Source: Mobula hypostoma (lineage: Eukaryota). From it: 64,000 nt of DNA. The notes under the pieces are model-generated. The model was not told the DNA's origin. It did no database searches and saw nothing but the letters and a program-made list of their open reading frames with translations. Positions 40,501 through 52,500 of this stretch are shown piece after piece. A program made the translations under genes and the position numbers. Numbering within the stretch: the first letter of the stretch is position 1; every line of letters begins with the position of its first letter. The DNA lies in NCBI RefSeq assembly GCF_963921235.1, contig NC_086097.1, forward strand, positions 76,882,001-76,946,000, written 5' to 3'.

Positions 40501-43500
40501 TCCTGGATAACTTTTTTTTATTGCTTGTATAATTCTTAAACATGTTTGAGTTACGATACCACATGCTCCTTCAATCAATGTATTGTACATAAAATATGTA
40601 GCATGTTCTCAGCTATGGCAAACATAGCTTCTCGAATATTGGTACAGTTCAATATTTTACAGGAGATAATTGCCCTTTATTTGACGAGAAAATGGCTTTA
40701 TACTTTTCCTTCTGCCTTTGTTTAGACAACGACCTGTCCTTGGAGAAAGTCTTGCCACACTTGCAGCTGCCATGCCAGTCGCTTTTCTTGAGCCTTCTAT
40801 CAACATACACAATACGCATTCAGTTTTCAACACAAAATCACCCCGAGAACGTATCAGTAAGTGACGTGGTCTTTCTATGGGGATAAAACACTTGCTTTCA
40901 GGGTGAACTAACACTATGCAGCATCTAATCTGGCAAATAGTTGTGTTTATTTAGTGGTGAATTCATAACATTAAGTACAAAACTGAATGGTTTGTCACAA
41001 TTACAACATTTGATATTTATTATGTGGAATAATAGAGGCCCGAATCTGTCTATTAATGGAATGGGATCCAGAGAACTGGCCTTGCTGAATTGAAGCTCCT
41101 GGACTCCAATAGCTAGCCTAGGCGGTTACAATACCTCTATTGGTAGCCCAACAAAGCTCTGTCATTGAAACATCCCTGAAGGTTTTGACAGCTAGAAAAC
41201 CTTTGCCCCACCCCCCAACTCCAGCTTCATCAGCTCTCGAAGCTACAGAAGTCATATCGTAGTTCAGCCAATCTAAAGCACTTCAAAATGATTCAAAATA
41301 AAATGAAGCATTTTTATGTTAAAACAGCTAAAATACTGACAATCAAAAATATGAAACAGAAATCATTTTGAATAAAGCCTTCCAGTATTATTGTCAATCA
41401 CAAGCTTTATCACGATCATATCCAAGAGGCCATTTTTCAGGAAATGCAGCAGTATTTGGAATGCTGAATCTGTCAATAATTTAGCAATAATTTACCAGTA
41501 AAAACATATTAGATCTAAGATGGCAAATTTCTAACAAAATTTGCTTCGTTTCACAAGCTTTCTCTGGCTGCGCAAAATGTTCAGATTGTTGCTGGCTGTT
41601 CTCTTCTGTCTTTTGCATTTATGGGAGTCCAAAGTACCAAGCAGATCTTTTTTTGCATTCACCCTTAATTACACTGCAGTCCCAGTTTGCTTTCAAGAAG
41701 GTCCTTTGAAGGCTGATATCCCTTCCTGGGGACAGTAGCTCCATAGGCTCACTGTGCCAAGTTACTGAGATCCTTGTAGAGTTTTTCTTGAGTCAGCCAA
41801 TTTGAAATGTCTCTGACTGTAATATAATGTCTCCATCATTCTCATCTGTACCTTTAACTAAAAACACCTGCTTCTTCGAATTGTCCTTTAAATTTGGTCC
41901 TTTGACGTTGGTCATCAGAACTATATTTGTAACTTAGTATTCAAATTTCCTTCCATTTGGTGCTGCTCCTGTATACAGCTTGTTATGTTATTGTCCTTTT
42001 GTAAATATAAGTTGTTCTGTTTATAATGTTGCCATTGAAAGTGGATCTTGTATGTCCCTAGAGCTTCTGGCCTAGATTTTCCAGTTGGTTGGCAAGCAAA
42101 AGCACTTGTAAATTGTGTCACTGATAGATCCCCAAAATCTAATCTGGTTTCTGACCAAGTGAGGTTCCACCTACTGGGCATCTTTAGCACGTTCAAGGAG
42201 TGCAAGAAATGCTGAGGCTCGTCCACCCATCTAATTGACGAATCCTCATTAAGAAATGCTGAATCTAAATAATGAAGTTGAAATTCTATCTAAATGATGA
42301 ACAGTAAAATAAAGATGTTGAAGTCAAGATGGTTTAAGAGAAAGAATATACTGAAAAGGTTAGAAGAGTTTGTTTTTAAATCTCCAACATTAATATCTGA
42401 GAGAATGAGATGCTTCACCTGTAAAATTAATTGTTCAGAGCTGGATAAGTTAATCAGTAAACACGAGGAAATCTGCAGATCCTGGAAATTCAAGCAACAC
42501 ACACAAATGCTAGTGGAATGCAGCAGGCCAGGCAGCATCTATAGGGAGAAGTACAGTCGACGTTTCGGGCCGAGACCCTTCGTCAGGACTAACTGAAAGA
42601 AGAGATAGTAAAAGATTTGAAAGTGGGAGGAGGAGATCCGAAATGATAGGTGAAGACAGGAAAGGGAGGGATAGAGCTAAGAGCTGGAAAGTTGATTGGA
42701 AAGAGGGATACAGAGCTGGAGGAGGGGGAGGATCATGGTACGGGAGGCCTCGGGAGAAAGAAAGGGGGAGGGGAGCCCAGAGGAAGATGGAGAGTAGACA
42801 AGGAGTGATTGGGAGAGGGACAGAGAGAGAAAAAAAGGGGGGAATAATAAATAAGGGATGAGGTAAGAAGGGGAGGAGGGACATTAACAAAAGTTAGAGA
42901 AATCGATGTTCATGCCATCAGGTTGGAGGCTACCCAGACAGAATATAAGGTGTTGTTTCTCCAACCTGAGTGTGGCTTTTTTTCTCTCTCTGCCCCTCTC
43001 ACAATAACTCCTTGCCAGCTCTCCATGTTCCTCTGGGCTCCCCTCCACCTTTCTTTTGCCCTGGGTCTCCCGTACCATGATTCCCTGCCCCCCCCCAACT
43101 CTGTATCCCTTTTGCCAATCAGCCTTCCAGCTTTTAGCTTCATCTCTCCCCTCCTGTCTTCTCCTATCATTTCGGATCTCCCACTTCCCCTCCCACTTTC
43201 AAATCTCTTACTATCTCTTCTTTCAGTTAGTCATGACGAAGGGTCTTGGCCTGAAACTTCGACTGTACTTCTTTCTATAGATGCTGCTTGGCCTGCTGCG
43301 TTCCACCAGCATTTTGTGTGTGTTACTTGAAGTTAATTAGTAGCTAGTTACTTTGATTTTATTTTGAAATCACAATTATGCTGAGCTTAATGTACTGCCA
43401 TCTTTTGTTGCGAGCTAATGGATAGGCCGAATGCAGATCATCTCAGTCCATATTCCATCAGTCAGAAGTGCAGCAATGCACTCTGTCAGAGGAGGGAGCT

Positions 43501-46500
43501 AACTCTGACAACAGCCCAATGTATATGTGTACAGTATAACTATGTACAATGGCCTAACCCAGTAATGAATGAATCTAAAAATCTAAATGTAAACCTTGAG
43601 AAAAGCAAGTACGAAGTAAAGGTTTTCTTCATCTTTTATTTTAAATATTTTTACATTGTTCCAATACAAATTCTAATTGTCACATGAAGTGTCATCCTCT
43701 TGCTACCCACAGCCCTCTCTTTAAGACCCATAAATGTGTTGACAATGTAATGGTCAAAGACCCAGAATAATGATCCTTTGCCTCTTTCTCTTAATTTTTG
43801 TATTTGGGAAAATGGTCTTTACAATGATAACAAAGTTGCCGCTGCAGTGGTCAGTATCATAGTCATAGTCATAGTGATAATTTATTGATCCCGAGGGAAA
43901 TTGGTTTTCATTGCAGTTGCACCAACCAAGAATAGAGTATAAATAAAGCAATATAAAACCATAAATAATTAAATAGTAATATGTAAATGCCAGGAAATAA
44001 GTCCAGGACCAGCCTATTGGCTCAGGGTGTCTGACCCTACAAGGGAGGAGTTGTAAAGTTTGATGGCCACAGGCAGGAATGACTTCCTATGATGCTCTGT
44101 GTTGCATATTGGTGGAATGATTCTCTGGCTGAATGTACTCCTGCGCCCACCCAGTACATTATGTAGTGGGTGGGAGACATTGTCCAAGATGGCATGCAAC
44201 CTGGACAGCATCCTCTTTTCAGACACCACAGTCAGAGAGTCCAGTTCCATCCCCACAACATCACTGGCCTTACGAATGAGTTTGTTGATTCTGTTGGTGT
44301 CTGCTACCCTCAGCCTGCTGCCCCAGCACACAACAGCAAACATGATAGCACTGGCCACCACAGACTCGTAGAGCATCCTCAGCATTGTCCGGCAGATGTT
44401 AAAGGACCTCAAGTCTCCTCAGGAAATAGAGACGGCTCTGACCCTTCTTGTAGACAGCCTCAGTGTTCTTTGACCAGTCCAGTTTATTGTCAATTCGTAT
44501 CCCCAGGTATTTGTAATCCTCCACCATGTCCATACCAATGTGAAAAAGCACAAGTACCCAAAGTTAGAAATTACTAGACTATTAGATTAACAGCCTTTTT
44601 TTTACATAAACTTGCATTTTTGAATGATGCAACAAAAATTGCTCCCAAATTACTGATCAAGGAAATTGAGCTGGATTACAGATGGTCCTGGGACTTGCAA
44701 ACACCATCCTCTTGCTCTTTGTTTGTCACCAGCACAGCCTTGAACTTTAAATAGCTCATGGTCAATCAGGTACAGAAAATTAAACTAAGAAAAATACATG
44801 AAACAAAGAAATAGTATTGAAGTCTCGGTGTCAGCTACTGAGCTCCACTCTGTCGACCCAATGAACTAGGGTATGATTTAGCAAGATTTACAGGAGCTTT
44901 ATGTTAATTATGTCTAGTCATTCAGTAGGGAAAACATAAGTAGTTGAATCAATAAACAATGGGCTGGATCTTATTTGACCCAACCCCTGCTTTGCATTTG
45001 CTCTCACATGGTGCCCTTAGCTTTTCACTTCCAAACCAAAGTTTCAGCACAAACTCAGATTACAAAGGGCATGACAAAGCACAGCAACCACATCTCAAGA
45101 CAGCAAAGTATTTCATTAGAAGTAGTGGGTTTCTCTAGTAAAATGCAGTGAGCAAAGGGAGGTCACATCATAAAAATTTGAAGTATTAAACCCATCCCAG
45201 TTGGTCACAGCAACAGTATCTGCTGCTGTGGTTGACTCAGAAATTTTTCAGTCATCTCCCTTCGAACAAAGACAATGAATGACATGACATAGAAAACAAT
45301 GGTTTATGTCAAGTTTAGAGATTTTATCATATTATCATAATTCTTTTTGAAAGGATTTTTTACTATGAGAATGTTAACTAATCGTGCCTTAATTCACATG
45401 CCCAAATCTCCTGGTTGATTCAACCATGGACTGATGTTAGATGTCCCTTCTGATGCTCAAAGCATTCCATTTGCTTGGTCTATCTGAAGGTTACCTGTTG
45501 CAGTGCTCATCCTTGCCCAAAACTGACTCATGCGTTTCTCTCTTAGGCTGTTGCAGCTTACATGTTCTAGAACACAATTCATCCAAATGTTTGCCATCCA
45601 AACCCATTTGCCTTCACTGAGTTCTTGGCTCCAAGCCTCCATGATGAAGGGTCTCTGGCCGAAACATCGACTGTTTATTCCCCTCCGCAGACGCTACCTG
45701 ACTTAGAGTTCCTCCAGATTTTTTTGTGTTTGCTTATGATTTCCATCTTCTGCAGAATCTCTTGTGTTTCTGATATTGACACTTAATTTGCTTTGTTAGT
45801 TCTAGGTTTGCCAGATACTGTGGAGGAAGTGTGCCCAGAGGTACCTCAACTAGATGCACTAATAAAAGAGATCAGTGAAACAGCTGAGTCTGGAGCTCGA
45901 TACACAGAAATGCCTCACATCATTGAGGTGGTTTTGCCCATGCTGTGTAATTATCTGTCATATTGGTGGGAACGGGGCCCTGAGAACAACCCCAGTGGGG
46001 ACTGCTGTACTGTCGTCACCTCGGAGCATCTTAGTGCAATCTTGGGCAACATCTTGAAGATCTTGAACAATAACCTGGGCATTGATGATGCTTCGTGGAT
46101 GAAGAGGCTAGCAGGTAAAAATGCAATATATTTTAATGGCCCCTAAAGGGACCTGTGTTTTGTTGATAAAATCCTGCTTCATACTTGCAGAAGCAAAAGA
46201 CCTGTTTTGCCTTCATGAACTTATTAAATGTACGGCATGAAATTTGATTAATATTACATAAAACCCCAGTCAATTTTATGGTGAAAGTAATTATATGCCA
46301 TTTGTAAACTGAAGCACAGCAAAGTGTTGTTCGGAATGGACTAGAAGGGTCAAGACGGCCTTTTTCTGTGCTGTAATTGTTACATGGTAAAGTGCAATGA
46401 CTTTTGAATACTTAGCACACTCTAAATGCCTTTGCAGTCACTTAATTGTGTGCATTTAATGGAAATGGCCATACATTCCATTGAGCTGGTTTCACATTTA

Positions 46501-49500
46501 ATTGTCTCATAGCTAATTTGTGCGTTGACTTTATACTTCCAGCTTTGCTCTACAAACTTTGGTAGCCCCTTTTAGCAACAAGCCTTCTTAACCCTATACA
46601 GACAAACTAGTAATTTTTCAGTTGATGTAACTGATGTTATATGAGGAAGATAATTCCACATTTTCATTCTCCCTTCTAAGGAAAGCACCTTATTGATATC
46701 ATTCTTGAATGAACTGGCAGAGGAAATGCCTAGGTGAAGGGAACAACAGTGTGCTATCAGGGCTCAATGAAAACTGCGTACAGGATATGGTAATATCCGC
46801 TGCATGGGGTTCCCTTTACTGACCAGTTCGACAAGACCTCTGGTGTACAGCAGTCCCAGCAATTAGAGAAAATTTAGCAGAATATTGGGATCCTTAAAAT
46901 AAATGGCAACTTCTCCGAAGATTCTTAATGGGCAGTACCATTGCTGAATTATTACTTTGAGTAGGTTGTTGTCAAGCTGGGAGCTGACCACAATAAGAAA
47001 AAAGTGCATAATACATGAACCAGCAATATACACTTTGTCTACTTAGTCTCAATGCAGTATGTGTTAGATGATTTCCTTGAACTACGTGGGGTATTTTCAT
47101 GCATGATGCATACAGTTAGTAGAAAAGACTAACCATGTTAAAATTCCACCATGTTAGACTTCCATTTCTATTTCTCTTTGAATTCTCCAGTGTATGCTCA
47201 GCCAATCATCAGCAAAGCCAAACCTGAATTGCTGAAAAACCAATTCATTCCAACGCTGGAGAAACTGAAAAAGAAAGCAATAAAAGTTGTTTTAGAAGAA
47301 GAACAACTGAAAGCAGAGTATAAAGTAGATTTTCAGGAGACAGAACTGCTAATCCTAGATGAATTTGCTGTTCTCTGCCGAGATCTCTACTCCTTCTACC
47401 CAATTTTGATCCGCTATGTGGATTATAACAGGTAAGATTACTAACATGATTGTTAAGCATCAAGGTCTATGTTATTTTTAGTGATATTCTGAGTAATTGC
47501 AGACTCAAAGCAAAGAGTTCACTGCTTGCAGCTGCACTGGAATGGACATTAGGTTCAATACTTTCTGATTAGGATAGAGATTCCAACATCTGATCACTAC
47601 CCATGCACTCATGCTGTAGAGTCATAAAAAAGTACAGCACAGCATGGGCCCTTTGACCCATCGAGTCCATTCCAAACCCTGCGTACCTTTAGATAAACAG
47701 ACAAATAGACATTCTACTGAAAATAACTAAAGACCACAGCATAGTGCTTTAATGAAATTTAATGTGAATCATATTAGAAATTCACTATGACAAACTTCAC
47801 TTGGTTGTTAAATATTTCTCATCTTATTATTGAAAACAGTTGATGGTCATATAAACCCAGTAATAGCAGAGCCTTAAACAAGTAAGTATCCATTACAAAG
47901 TGAAGGACAATTTGGAAAGCAAAATACTTCCAAAGAAAAAGCAATTTACTGTTATCATACTTTCTATATTTGAATTCATGTAATGATAGGAATTTAATAA
48001 AACCCATTTTTTGAATCAAACCTACAAAGCAGTTTCAGATTATCTGTTGTCTGGGTACATCACAGACAATATTTGCCCCATCATTGAAATGTCCCACAAC
48101 TTACAGGCTCACTTTCAAGGACTCTTCATCTTATTTTCTCGATATTTATTGATAATTATTATTATTATTATTATTATTATTATTTGTATTTACACAGTGG
48201 TCTTTCATTGATTCTGTTATGGTTATCCTATTATGTATTGAGTATGAAAATGAATCTCATGGTTGTTTATGGTGACTTATATGTACCTTGATAATGAGTT
48301 TACGTTGTACTTTCAACATGATGAAGACTACACTTGTTTCTCTGTAATTCTACAATTGAGCTTTATTTTTCTAGAGCAAGATGGCTCAAGGAGCCAAATG
48401 CAGATGCTGATGAACTCTTCCGTATGGTGGCTGAGATCTTCATCTTGTGGTGTAAATCACATGTAAGGAATGAATTTACGAGCTGGTGTAAAAGCTAACT
48501 TTAATGATGCCTCACTTTAGAACAGAGCTCTTAATTCTGAACGTTGCAAAAAAGCATCATTTTTACTGAGCTACTTGTTGTAGCAGCAAGTTGGTGCTCT
48601 TAGTTCCTGTGTGATGCTGTCAGCTGACGACTTTTCAGGACTTTGCTGTACTCTGCCAAGGTTTGCTACCCGCCTTTAATGCATACTTCATGCAATCTCT
48701 TGAACTGTGAGAATTAAAGCTGATGAAAATTAAACAGATACCTTTACACCTAGTGTAATTAGATAACTGAATTGAGATGACCCTCGTGCCTTCAGATAGA
48801 TATTCTGCTGTTAAAGATTATAAAGCAAGATTATTAAAACTGTAAGTAGTAGAATATTAAAATAAAAATATTTTATTCAATTATAAAATAGTTTCTTGCT
48901 ACCCTTGCAGCTTTGACAGGCTATTTCAACTGTTTCTAAAAATCTCTGATGATTAGAGGCAATTAAAAATGGTTGAAGTAGGAAAAAATAAAAATTTAAA
49001 AATGAAAAAAAATTTAATTAAGAAATTAATTTACTTAACACATTTAATTGTTAAAAAATTAAAACATTAATGCAGTAAAATAAAAAACACAACATTCCAC
49101 TTAGCTTCTACATTCAGGTCAGAGATCTCATTGAAGTGAGTGGGGTTGTGCTACATATGCCAGCCATGGGTGGTGTAAGGTTGAAGGACCAGATGTAAGT
49201 TACACCTGATTCAGCTGAAGACCAAGTCATGCTGATGGCCAGAGATCAGACATGTCCATAGAATCACCTGCATTCAAAATATTTCATACTGTCAGTCCAT
49301 CCTATGTCTTGATTTTAAAAGAGACATGTTTTCCTCATGACCTTTTGCTGAGGTCACAAATAGTAGAAGAAATTATCAGATGAGAATAATTTAAGCAATC
49401 CCTGAAAATAAGAACTGGAGCTTGGATATTAGTTGCTAAGAAGTGCTTTTAGAGGAAAACAATCCATAGAGATTTTCATTCCAATATGTAAATGGGCCTG

Positions 49501-52500
49501 TCGGAGAGAATACTGTAAGCATTTTGACGAGACTATCATTTCAGAAACTTTGCTAATTGTTGGAGTATTGTGGACTAAGAACAAAACTCAAACAACCTTT
49601 GTATTTTTTTTGCTCACCATTCGATAGAATTTCAGACGGGAAGAGCAGAATTTTGTGATTCAGAATGAAATCAACAACATGGCTTTCCTGATTGCAGACA
49701 ATAAGAGCAAAATGTCCAAGGTAAATATCAATTACAGATTCCTTGAATTGCTACATATGTACCAGGATTAAATTTACTTATTTTCGAGCTAAGTTGTGTT
49801 AGGGTCTTGATAATGTTGATAAATGTACAGAACAGCAGAACTGAGGTAATTACAGATGCACGTTTGAAACTGTATTTCACACTGTAAGTATTTTTAAAAA
49901 TAATTCCACTTCATGTATCAAAAACTTAGAAGATAAAATATTTTTTTCACTTTATAACAATTGGTGAATTATTGATCTGGCAATGTTTCTGATCAAGGAT
50001 CATGGAGAAATGCCAACAAAGGAAATGGAATAGAAGATAAGTATTTGCTTTCCAAAACAGCTAAGCCAATGTAATTAATGTATTTAAATAAAAACAAGAG
50101 GATGCTGGAAGAACTTAGCTAGTCAGGCAGTATTTTTGGAGAAAGGAAAACAGAGTAACAACATTTCCTGTCAATAACCTTTCATCAGAACTGAAAATGT
50201 GAGAAAACAAGAGTGTTTTATTTTGCAGAAAACGTTTGAGTGTGGTGGGGTGCAGGATAGAGAGAATGGACAGAATGTCTGCAAAAGAGTAGGGACCAAA
50301 GTCGTTAAAGTAGCAATAACTTTAAATACTGGCGATTAGAGGCAGAAAAGAAAAGGAAGAAAGGAACAAATTGAAACTGAAACATTCAGCAATATCTGAA
50401 TGAAGAAATAAAAAGCTGGTTACTTCAAGTTCAGAATTGACTCCCGAGGGTTCCAGAAATACCCAAGGAAATTCCTGACTGATGTGTGGGATTTGTAGTT
50501 ATGAAGACATTGTCATCTCTGTTTGATAACTGGAGACATTGTCACCACTGTTTGATCATAGAAACATATTTCCTGAAGCATTACTCTTTTTTTATAGGGA
50601 CTGAATATTAAAGATATGAATCTGTATATTCATTGAATCAATATAGGAATATGCTCATAGAAAACAAAAGAGTTTGAAAAATAAACTAAGTTTAATTATT
50701 GGTAATTATTATTAATCAGGTCATCTTAAAAGAGAGAAACTCATTTTTTTTAAATTAACCACTATTTGGGTTTTAATAAAAGTCAGTTCCTTTCACATTT
50801 TCCCCCGGGATCAATGAAGTATGACTATGATTTTGACCCCAAGGAGAAATGAATCTGAAATTGAAGCTCTGCCTATCTGTACATTGGTCAGACTCTTCCA
50901 CAGAACAACAGAGCACAGGAACAGGCCCTTCAGCACACAACGTTTTGTGCAATTAATTGAACATGTGATTAAATGCCTACCTACAGAAAAATGAATCCCT
51001 TCTGCCTACACAATGTTCATGTCTCTCCACTTCCTTCACATTAATGTGCCTATCTAACAGCCTCTTCAATGTCTCTGTCATTATTTTCCTCTACTATTAA
51101 CTGTGACAGTGAATTCCAGGCACCCACAATTCTCTGTGGAAAGAAAATTCTAGCCCCACACGTCTCCTTTCAACTTACTCCCTCTTTACTTAAATGAAAG
51201 CACTCCATTTTAGACACTTCTCTCCTGGAATAAAGATGCTGACAGTTGACTTCATGTATGCCTCTCATAATCTTATAAACTTCTACCAGATCTCCCTTCT
51301 GCCTCCAGAAAAAAAAACAACCCAAATTTTTCTAACCTCTACTTATAGCTAAAGCCTTCTAACTCAGGCAGCATCCTGGTAAATCCCTTCTGCATCCTCT
51401 GCAAAGTCTCCACATCCTTTCGATAATAGAGCAACCAGAATTGAATGTACTACTCTAGATATCAATTGCTGGCTCCCGAACCTGATGCCTCAGCTAATAA
51501 ACACTAGCATGCCATCTTTACCACCCTGTCAACATGTGGAGCCATTTTCAGGGAACAATGGATTTGTATCCCCAAATCCCTCTTTACATCAACACTGTTA
51601 AGACCCTTGCCTTTTTTGTGCCCTTACAAACAAGGGAATATCTGCAGATGCTGGAAATCAAAATAATGAACACAAAATGCGAGAGGAACTCAGCAGGTCA
51701 GGCAGCGTCTTTGGAAGAGTAAACAGTCAATGTTTCAGGCCCAGCCCGAAACTTCGACTGATTACCATTTTTCACAGACGCTTCCTGGCCTATGGAGTTC
51801 CTCCAGCATTTTGTGTGTATCACTGTGCCTTTACAATTGGTTACCTAAAGAGCAACACCTCACACTTGGCTCCATTAAACTCCATCTGCCATCCCTCCTC
51901 CCATATCTGCAACTGATTTACATTCCGCTGTACCACTTGGCAATCATACATACTACCCACAATGCCACGACTCTTTGTATTATCTGTGAACTTACTAACC
52001 CACCATCCATGTTTTCATCCAAGCCATTTCTATATACATTAAACAACAGAGATTCCAGTAGGGATCCCCTTGGAACACCACTGGTCACAGAACTCTGGCC
52101 AGGATAAGTCTCATCAAATACCCGTCTCTGTCTTCCATGGGCAAGCCAATTCTGAATCCAAACAGCCAATTCACCATGGATTGCATACATTTCAGTCTTC
52201 TGGATGAGCCTACATGTGGGACCTTATCAAACACCTTAGTAAAATCTATGTAGACAATATCCATTGCTCCACCCTCATCACCTTCACAATTTTCTAAAAT
52301 ACAGTTCCTCAATCAAGTCGGTAGGACATCACTTACCCACACAAAGCCATGCTGACTGTCCCTAATTTGATTTTTCAAATGCTCATAATTACTATCCCAA
52401 AGAATCCTCTCCAATACTGACCATGAGATTCATCAGTTACAACATTAGATACTTTCCAGCCCTCCATGACCTCACCTGTAGCTAGAGAGGACACACACCA

